DNA from: Octopus sinensis
Taxonomy: Eukaryota
Length of the DNA: 64,000 bases
Reading direction: 5' to 3'
NCBI RefSeq assembly: GCF_006345805.1
Contig: NC_043002.1
Span: 7,626,001 to 7,690,000, forward strand
Below, piece after piece: positions 54,798-64,000 of the stretch. The notes below the pieces were generated by a model, which was not told the DNA's origin, searched no databases, and saw nothing but the letters and a program-made list of their open reading frames with translations. Both the position numbers and the translations under genes were made by a program. The stretch's first letter is position 1, and every line of letters begins with the position of its first letter.

Positions 54798-55499
54798 ACA
54801 TATATATAATAAATGTATAATATATATATATATATACTTGCATACACACACACACGCACAGAAACACGCATTCACACACATATATGTTCGTATGGACATA
54901 AATATGCATGTGTATACAAAATGCTTTTTTTTTTATGAACTCCTTCTGCATGTATACACACACCTACGTGTGTGTGTGTGTGTCTGTAAGGCAGAGATTG
55001 AGAAAGGTGGGGCAGGCGCGGTCGGAGTGAAAAGCGCTGAGTAGATAACAACATTTTGTCACGCGAATTGGTTAAGTTTAGTCGTAGTCCGGCATAGGAT
55101 CGACAATACGGAGCATGTGTTCGTTTAATGTTCCCGCTTTCCTACATCTACCCTCCCCCCCATTCACACATTCTATTTCTATCTACCTCTGAACTTATTG
55201 TATATACCTCTTTCTTTCTATTTTCCTTCTTTTTTTTTTTCCGTCTTCCCCTCCGCCACGCACCTGGTCCAACTACCTTCACTGCCGATGGGAATTGATT
55301 TTTATTGTTGGCCGTGGTTAGTAGCATTGTGCGGGACAGTTGTAGCATGTGATAATAGACGTGGCAGCGTTATTGTCGTCTATAGTTTGTAACATTACCA
55401 ACGACGAAGAAATGTATAGATGGCCTAATCAATGATTAATTTATTCAATTGCCTGTTTATTTATTTCTTTGTCAGCTTTCGTTTGTGTGCGAGCGTGCG

Positions 55500-55549
55500 A
55501 GCGTGCTAGCGTGCGTGCGTGCGTGTGTGTGTGTGTATAAAGTACGGGC

Positions 55550-55596
<47 letters not shown>

Positions 55597-55754
55597 TACG
55601 GGCTTGTGTGTGTGTAAGAGTACGGGCTTGTGCGCGTGTGTGTGTGTAAAAGTAGGGGCTTGTGTGTGTGTGTGTGTGTGCGTGCGGGCGGGCGGGCGTG
55701 CGTGCGTGCGTGTGTGTAAAAGTACAGCTTGTGTGTGTGTGTAAAAAGTACGGT

Positions 55755-55803
<49 letters not shown>

Positions 55804-56105
55804 GTACGAGCTTGTGGTGTGTGTGTGTGTGTGTGTGTGCGTGCGTGTGTGTGTGTAAAAGTACGGTCATGTGTGTGTGTGTGTGTGTGTGTGCGTGCGT
55901 GTGTGTGTGTAAAAGTACGAGCTTGTGGTGTGTGTGTGTATGTGTGCGTGCGTGTGTGTGTGTAAAAATATGGGCTTGTGTGTGTGTGTGCGTGTGTGCG
56001 TGTGTGTGTGTGTGTGTTTGTAAAAGTACGGGCTTGTGTGTGTGTGTGTGTGTAAAAGTATGGGCTTGTGTGTGTGAGTGTGTGTGCATGCGTGTATGTG
56101 TGTGT
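55500..56105. repeat. Minisatellite: about 12 copies of TAAAAGTACGGGCTTG separated by variable (TG)n
   Basis: Units counted by eye. Confidence 0.92.
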
Positions 56106-56505
56106 TTAAGTGTACATGTGTGTTGTAATGACGTTGTTGTGTAGCCCTGGGTCTGCGTTGGTCACGGAAGTACGCAGCCCACTGATGAAGCGCAACTTCA
56201 CAGACCATTCTTCCCAGATAAAACCTACCAGGTCTCTTCCTTGAGGACTGACCTTAATACTCGGACATCCAGGGATGACTCGCAGAGGATGCAATATGGC
56301 AGATTTTGTTTTGCTCTTTGGTTTTAATCCAGATCAGCAATGATAAAGCAAACCAATAGCCAAAGGACTTCCAGCTATGACCATTCCATCCATTATTGCA
56401 ACAGTGTATCTGAAACTACATCATCCATTATCTCCTTAGTTCTCAAGTGTGCGTGTTGTGTTGCCTAAGTGTGTGTATGTACGTTCTATTGTATGTGTTG
56501 TACGT

Positions 56506-56562
<57 letters not shown>

Positions 56563-56994
56563 TGTGTGCCTGCCTGTCTGTGTGAATTTGTATGCCTATG
56601 TTCAAGGAACTAGCGCTACTACGCACCGTATTGCACTGATTCCACCCGAGGATTACGTTAAAAGTACTGGAATCTCAGTCCTTTTCAACTGTAAATCAAT
56701 GTGTGAAGACATCGATCAGATGATGTGTGCCTCTAATTCGAAAGTCAATATTTGAAAATATATTTTTATTCAATTCGAGGATTACGTTAAAAGCGAAAGT
56801 AAATTTACGCTAAAATACAACGCTGGAACAAGTGCAACAGAGAAAATTGGCGAAAGTTCGCTGTCTGTTTTATTCCTATTTGTTATCGTATGTGCTATCC
56901 GTGTTTCGTTTGATTGCTGAAATATTGTTCTTAGCATTATCTCTCATATTTATGCTTACGTCTTGTTTTCGTTTCGGTGTTATTGTTGTTGATG

Positions 56995-57130
56995 ATGATG
57001 ATCACGATGATGATGAGCATGATGATGAGCATGATGATGAGCATCATGATGATGATGATGATGAGGATGATGATGATGAGGTTGATGATGAAGATGATGA
57101 TGGTGATGATGATGCTGGTGGTGGTGGTGG

Positions 57131-57162
<32 letters not shown>

Positions 57163-57212
57163 GTGGTGGTGATGATGATGGTGATGGTGGTGGTGATGAT
57201 GATGATGATGCT
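56995..57212. repeat. (GAT)n/(GGT)n array
   Basis: Visible. Confidence 0.95.
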
Positions 57213-57714
57213 ATAGTCATTCTTAATTCGTTTTCTCCATTTAAAAAAATTCCGTCTTCATTTATTATATTTCACGATCCTCGCTATCGCATACTGAATA
57301 GCCACGTAAACAGAAACACACGCATATATACTATGCATGAGTGTGTTTGTGTGTGTGTGAACGAGAGAGAGAGAGCACGCACGTTCGTGTGTATGTATAT
57401 ATGCATATGTCTATATACAGGGTAGCTCTAAAGTAAGTAAACACTTAATACAATTTATTAATATTTTAGTGTGTTTAATTTTGTAAATCCTCAACCTGGC
57501 TTCCACCGACTGTTCGACATTCCTCAAACCTGTCCAGAACACAGTTTTATTTGTTTTATTTATTATTAATTTATACAGAGGAATTTTTTATTGAGTCAAG
57601 AACAAGAAAAGTGCATTCTAAAGTAGAACTGGAAGAGTAAAAATACCGAGTAAATACGTATAACGTGGATTTAAACATTCAACACTCTTTCACTAACAGG
57701 TTTGACAATTTATC

Positions 57715-57929
57715 TGGGGCTAAACATAGAGGGGACAAACAAGGACAGACAAAGGGATTAAGTCGATTACAACGACCCCAGTGCGTAACTGTACTTATTT
57801 AATCGACCCCGAAAGGATGAAAGGCAAAGTTGACCTCGGCGGAATTTGAACTCAGAACGTAACGGCAGACGAAATACGGCTACGCATTTCGCCCGGTGTG
57901 CTAACGGTTCTGCTAGCCTGCCGCCCTAC
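57715..57929 (-). mobile_element. SINE B
   Basis: 15-bp perfect TSD gtttgacaatttatc at 57700-57714 and 57930-57944. Confidence 0.95.
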
Positions 57930-58194
57930 GTTTGACAATTTATCGTATAAGAGATAGATTTGAAAAAACAGGTTCAGTGTTTAATGCATCAAAATTTGGA
58001 TGTCGAAGGACGTCTTTGACTCAAAAAGGTGAGATGAAGTCGCTATGTCGTTTGTGAACTGTTAGAAAATGGATACGCGTCCCTGGAGCTGTTCATATCG
58101 AGAACGTGCTTGCACCGTTTAATGCATGAATTGAAATTGGAGTCGAACTGTCCACATGTGTTACACAGTCTTCTGGAGGACAACCCAAACCCAT

Positions 58195-58437
58195 TTCTTT
58201 ACTACCCACAAGGGGCTAAACACAGAGAGGACAAACATGGACAGACACACGGATTAATTCGATGAAATCGACCCCAGTGTATAACTGGTACTTATTTAAT
58301 CGACCACGATAGGATGAAAGGCAAAGTCGACCTCGGCGGAACTTGAACTCAGAACGTAACGGCAGACGAAATACGGCTACGCATTTCGCCCGGTGTGCTA
58401 ACGGTTCTGCCAGCTTGCCAACTTTGCCAGCTCGCCG
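58195..58437 (-). mobile_element. SINE B
   Basis: Core and tail; head partly duplicated. Confidence 0.9.
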
Positions 58438-58994
58438 TCGGTTGCAATTCTGTGAAATAATGTGTGACCAAAATCTAACAAACCAGAGTTTATTCATAAG
58501 ACCATGTGGGTGGATGAGGCTACGTTCAAGTTGTCGGGCCATTCGGTGTGTACTGGGCAAATGAAGATCCTTATTTGACTATCACCTCTTAACTGAAATC
58601 AGTCAGGAGTCACAGTGTGGGGTGTACTGCCCAGTGAAGGAGTTCTAAGGCAAGTTTTCTTTGATGGAACTGTAGAGAGTAACAATTACCTAAAAATGTT
58701 ACGTAACTTGATAGTATCACAATTCAGAACCAGAATTAACTTCACAGAACTGTTCTTCCAACAAGATGGAACACTTCCTCATTATACTTTAGCATTAAGA
58801 GACTACCTAAACAAACCCTTCCCACAACATTGGATCGGATGACATGGCAGCATCGAATGACCACCACGTCCCCTGGACTTATTACCAATGGACTTCTTTT
58901 TCATAGAGAAAATGTTTATAGGAGAAAACCCCAGAGAGTGGATAAAAGGTCATCTCTGACGCACTTATTGACATAGACGTAGATAATAAATACA

Positions 58995-59570
58995 GTGGAA
59001 AAACCCATCCTCTCCAACTCTTAAGAAGGCCAAGATCGCTTCATCTGCAGGGAAGATGATGACCTCAGTTTTTGAGAATGCAAAAGGTCTTGTGGTTATT
59101 GACTATCTTCAGAGCGACCACAACATCAGTTGAGAGTACTATGCCAATTTACTGAGGCAATTACGAAAGGTTATCAAGACCAAACGCCTGGGAAAACTGA
59201 CGAAAAGAGTTTTGTTTCATGAGGACAATGAACCAGTACACAAGTAGTTGGTTTTAATGGCTGCTGTTCGTGACTGTGTCTTGAAATTGGTTGATCACTC
59301 TCCCGCTTCTCTTGATTTGACACCATCTGTCTATTATGAAAATACACTTGGCTGAGAAAAAGTATCGCAGTGACGATGATGTCATATCTGTTGCTGTTGA
59401 CTTTTTGTTAAGCAGCAGGATAAAAACTTCACCAATGGGATCCAAACACTGCAGCACCGACGGAAGAAGTGTGTGGACCACACGAGGACTATGGTGTAAA
59501 ACAAAGCTTATTTGGTTACATTCCATGAGAGTATCTTAATTAGCTTGTGGACTTTTCAGCCGACCATCAT
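58995..59570 (+). mobile_element. Mariner 3' half, same family as 36620-37280
   Basis: Collinear homology; FHEDNEPVH; SPASLDLTPS. Confidence 0.85.
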
Positions 59571-59690
59571 AGAGTATAAATAAATTGTAAGGTCTATAAC
59601 TGTTCTGGGGCCACGATATCTCGTAAAATATCATCGACCTTCCATATTGGATGAGTACATAAACATGTGCATATATGTGTATGCGTATAA

Positions 59691-59726
<36 letters not shown>

Positions 59727-59847
59727 TGTACAAACGTATATATATATATATATATATTGATAATAATATGATAACAAAAGAATGAATGAGGCCTGGATAT
59801 GCAAAATAGAGAAATTTATATATAAATATAATGTGACAATTAGTTGG

Positions 59848-59922
59848 TTGTCATAATAGACCTCAGAGTTTCGGATACCGGGGCTGAGGTCTGCTCCAGA
59901 ATCTCATCAGTTACTAAGACAA
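59848..59922 (-). ncRNA. Type I hammerhead-like motif in Penelope-like context
   Basis: ttgtcttagtaa CTGATGA [stem II] CGAAAC tctgag GTC tattatgacaa. Confidence 0.6.
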
Positions 59923-59944
59923 AACGTTATGAAAAAAAAAAACG

Positions 59945-60440
59945 TTTTACCCAAAGTTTTACCCAACGTATCGAGTAGGAATAGTCCAATGAGATCGCAT
60001 ATGCCTGTTCCATCATATGATCCGATGGTCACATCGAAGGTACCCTCTGTGTCGGTTGTCTTAACTTACTCTGCGTTCTCACCGAAGGGTAAAGTAGGAA
60101 TAGTCCAATGAGATCGCATATGCCTGTTCCATCATATGATCCGATGCTCACATCGAAGGTACCCTCTGTGTCGGTTGTCTTAACTTACTCTGCGTTCTCA
60201 GAAATTGGTATAATTAGCAAAGAAATTTTCGGAAAAATCAGTGCTAACGTCAGAAATGCTACTAGGTTAGTACAATGGTCTAATAGTATAGAAGTCTTTG
60301 ACTGGTTTAAAGCCATTAAGAATAAAAATAAAGCGAGATTTACACAATTTCATATTGTAGATTTCTGTGCTTCTATCTGTAAGGAACTGATCGATAAAGC
60401 CCTCACCTTTGCTAGCGAATTTACAGAATATATATACTAA
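59945..60440. mobile_element. Rearranged Penelope-like RT fragments
   Basis: Minus strand GTFDVTIGSYDGTGICDLIGLFLL twice (59974-60081, 60093-60200); plus strand SEIGIISKEI..WFKAIKNKNKARFTQFHIVDFCASI (60200-60440). Confidence 0.85.
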
Positions 60441-60467
60441 TTAGAAATTAGTATATATATATATATC

Positions 60468-60857
60468 CTTTTCTTCTTTTGGGTCATCTGACTACGGCCA
60501 TGCTGGAGCACCGCCTTTAGTCGAAGAAATCGACCCTGGGTCTTATTCTTTATAATCCTAGTACTTATTCTATCGGTGTCTTTTGCCGAACTGCAAAGTT
60601 ACGGCGACGTAAACACACCAACATCAGTTGCCAAACGATGGCTGGGAAGAACAAACACAGACACACACACACACACACACACACAAATATATACATAGTG
60701 TATATATATACACGATGGGCTTCTTTCAGTTACGTCTACCAAATCCACTCATGAGGCTTTGGTCGGCCCGGGACTTTGTCAAGGTGCTACGCAGTGGTAC
60801 TGAACCAGGAACTATGTGGATGGGAAGCAAGCTTCTTACCACAGAACCACGCCTGCG

Positions 60858-60860
<3 letters not shown>
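60468..60860 (-). mobile_element. SINE family C (head segment duplicated at 61015-61053)
   Basis: Full-length homology to other C copies. Confidence 0.9.
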
Positions 60861-60897
<37 letters not shown>

Positions 60898-60961
60898 TAT
60901 ATACATATGTGTATATATATACACATAAATATACATATGTTTATATGTATACATATATATA

Positions 60962-61000
<39 letters not shown>

Positions 61001-61050
61001 GTATATATGTATTTAGGAAGCAAGCTTCTTACCACACAACCACGCCTGTG

Positions 61051-61087
<37 letters not shown>

Positions 61088-62039
61088 TTGTGTGTATCTG
61101 TGTGTGTACACGTACACACACATGGGAGATGATAAAATATATACATTTAATGTATGACATTTTTCGGTAAGTAAATATTTCCTAGACATCCACGAACATT
61201 TACCTTTCCATAGATTCAAGCATCATGAAAGCTAAATCCTTCCTTCGGTAAGGATACCAGTCTATCAAAGGTAATGTATATTAAAAATCTCGTGCTCGTT
61301 CCAATGTCCAAAAATAAAATGCGATGCCCAGATACACATCTAAAAAGCTTCAGCAAATTTAAGTTTAGAGAGTGAACTCTTCGTCCAATACCTAAATCCT
61401 CGCTGTTATTTTGCCCTATTTGGTGTATGTAAATCTCCTAAATTATTAACGTTTTCTCTGATAATATTATCGTAATTAGGGTAGGAAATATAAATCTAAG
61501 CAAAAGCTTAGAATCTAATCCAGTCTTTGAATCATACTTCTGTTTCTCACCTGCACCAACTAAACATATTAACCAAACCAACAATAGTCAAATACTTTGC
61601 GTGGATGGAAATTAGTAAGATGTGAAACGAATAAAAAATATATAAGATTTGTACTAAAAACACGTTTAGTAGAGGCCGAGCTCTAAGCGCAAAGAGATAT
61701 AGGATATTATTGTGAACGATATCTTTTGTAAGAGTGGAGCAATAAATAGTTCTCTCTGTTTGAACAGGACATATGATACTGCGGTAGAGTTTTCATGGAA
61801 AGATACTGACACCACAGGTTATTTTAACCGGCCTTGAACTAGCATTGTTGATAACATCTTCGAGATATACAGATTTGCTGGATACCTGAATACCACTAAA
61901 TAATAAAAGACGAAAGGCTTGCGAGACGTTTATTTTAGTTTCTGTTGGTTTAGTTGCTTTGAGTTAAAACTTAACCGTGAATAAAAACATCATTAAATTC
62001 ATAAACGGGAATGTATAAGCGCATATCTGTACAAATGTG

Positions 62040-62341
62040 TGGAAGCACATGGCCTAGTGGTTAGAGCAGCAGACTCACGGTCGGGGGATCGCGGGTTTGA
62101 ATCTCAGACCGGGCGATGTGTGTGTTTATAAGCGAAACACCTAAGCTCCACGCGGCTCCGGCAGAAGGTAATGGTGAACTTCTGCTGACTCTTTCGCCAC
62201 AACATTCTCTCACTCACTCCTCCTGCATCTTGCAGCTCACCTGCGACGGACCGGCGTCCCGTCCAGGTTGGGAACCTATACGCCAAGGAAACCGGGAAAC
62301 CGGCCCTTATGAGACAGGCATGATTCGAGAAGGAACAAGAA
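62040..62341 (+). mobile_element. SINE family A, tail type 4
   Basis: 11-bp TSD gtacaaatgtg at 62029-62039 and 62342-62352. Confidence 0.93.
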
Positions 62342-62985
62342 GTACAAATGTGGCAATAAAAGGAGAGAGAAGAGAGAGAGAGAGAGAGGTGGAGAGTTAT
62401 GTATCTAAAATATGTCATCTAACATATTATTTTTAAACGTTAGTGGTTTGACTGCTATTTTGGCAGATCAATCACATAGTTTCTTTCATTTGGTCCATAC
62501 TGGATAGAGCTTTTATAACAGATTTCTTTATCAAATAGCGGTAGGTCTTAAATACGTTAATTGCATGCAATCAAAAAAGAAAGTATCTTTGTATTTCACT
62601 GCTAAGGAAGGAATTATTCCATAATGAATGAAAAGGGAATCGCTGAAAGTTGCGTTGTGCAGCAGGGCCAACCATTGTGGTAATTGATGAAAGAATTTAG
62701 GGAGATTACGTGTGTGTGCGCGTGTGTGTGTAAACATACATAAGCAGACGGGCACACACACACACAAGGACACCCATAAACACGTCTGGGTTTACCAGCC
62801 GTAGGGAGAAAAGCTACGCAACAGGTCTGGTAAATCTGAGTCCTTCATTCGAACCTGCGACACCAGAATGTCTGGGTTTGCATTTTCCGTTTTCTACAGT
62901 TGATTTGAAGATGAATGGTGGAAACATGGAGGAGCATCAGCAAGTAGGTTCGGCTTCGGGGAAATACAGGCATATATGCATATGT

Positions 62986-63291
62986 GTGGAGGCGCAATGG
63001 CCCAGTGGTTAGGGCAAGCGGACTCGCAGACGTAGGATCGCGGTTTCGATTCCCAGACCAGGCGTAGTGAGTGTTTATCGAGCGAAAACACCTAAAGCTC
63101 CACGAGGCTCCAGCAGGATGGTGGTGAACCCTGCTGTACTCTTTCGCCGCAACTTTCACTCTTTTTTCTGTTGGCCTGTTCACTTAGCCAGCGGGGTGGT
63201 GTCATTTGAAGGCTAAAACAATGCGAAGCGCATTGTGACCAGCGATGTGCAGCAACATCTGATAGCCTGGTCGGGTACGGTGATCACGGTG
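62986..63291 (+). mobile_element. SINE family A, tail type 2
   Basis: 12-bp TSD atatgcatatgt at 62974-62985 and 63292-63303. Confidence 0.92.
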
Positions 63292-63584
63292 ATATGCATA
63301 TGTATGTTTGTATATATGTATGTATGTATGTATTTATGTATGTATTCTTGACGTAAAGACAGCCTTCGAATTTTTCTATCCAAAAGAGTTTTCCATGACA
63401 ATATTTATGCGCTATTATAGCTTTATTTGATGTGCCTCGAGAGCCAAGGTTCGAAAAAGGAATTGTGTGTGTGTGTGTGTGTGTGTCTGTGTCTGTGTGT
63501 CTGTGTGTGTGTGAGTGAGTGTATGTACGTATGTATGTATCTAAGTATTTAAGTGTTTATATACATGCACACATGCATAGATGA

Positions 63585-63590
63585 CTAGGG

Positions 63591-63665
<75 letters not shown>

Positions 63666-64000
63666 GATAGATAGATAGATAGATAGACAGACAGAGACAG
63701 ACAGACAGACAGACAGATGGATGGACGGACAGACAGGGAGGCAGGTAGGCAGGCAGGGAGGCAGGTAGGCAGGCAGGTAGACAGACAGATAACAAAGTTG
63801 GCTCTATCAGGATATTTTGGCCACAGACAGTCCTTTCGAATACGAGTACTAAAAGAAGTTTTGTTAAGAGATTATCAGGGAGTCACTGTAAGAGAGACAA
63901 AGAAAGAAAGAAAGAAAGAAAGACAGACAGACAGACAGACAGACAGGCTGACAGACAGGCTGACAGGCTGACAGACAGACAGGCTGACAGACAGAAGGAG
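63585..64000. repeat. Compound (AGAT)/(AGAC)/(AGGC) array
   Basis: Visible. Confidence 0.93.

Larger units (their letters stand above)
57418..58990 (+). mobile_element. Decayed DD41D (rosa/Visitor-type) Tc1/mariner with two nested SINE B copies
   Basis: TA-CAGGGT end; WVDEATF; FFQQDGTLPH..WIG..PPRPLDLLPMD with 41 residues between the last two D. Confidence 0.82.

Noticed and set aside
55500-56105. CRISPR array
   Set aside because: Eukaryotic context, spacers are (TG)n, and there are no cas genes.
56175-56215. CTGATGA motif
   Set aside because: No stem II-GAAA-NUH arrangement follows.
61380-61480. AP-endonuclease-like IILGDL on the minus strand
   Set aside because: One short motif with stops around it; not enough to call a LINE.

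Overview
Eukaryotic, AT-rich DNA saturated with repeats; no host protein-coding gene can be supported. The microsatellite load and SINE families resemble a coleoid cephalopod (octopus-like) genome, which is an inference. Almost all listed ORFs are translated microsatellites or transposon pseudogene fragments. The window holds: one near-intact 1291-bp DD34D mariner plus several decayed mariner, DD41D and hAT relics; two Helentron-type non-autonomous elements; R4/Dong-like, RTE, CR1/L2-like and Penelope-like retrotransposon fragments; and about 35 copies of three tRNA-derived SINE families (called A, B and C here), many with target-site duplications (TSDs). The most notable signals are RNA-level. 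(1) A 508-bp, TSD-flanked, internally deleted RTE derivative (18666-19173) begins with an HDV-like ribozyme fold. (2) There are about 7 hammerhead-ribozyme-like motifs, the best at 36462-36519 (-), some tied to Penelope-like pieces. (3) The SINEs show a modular, dimer-forming architecture. All structures were read by eye and not computed; repeat boundaries without TSDs are approximate.
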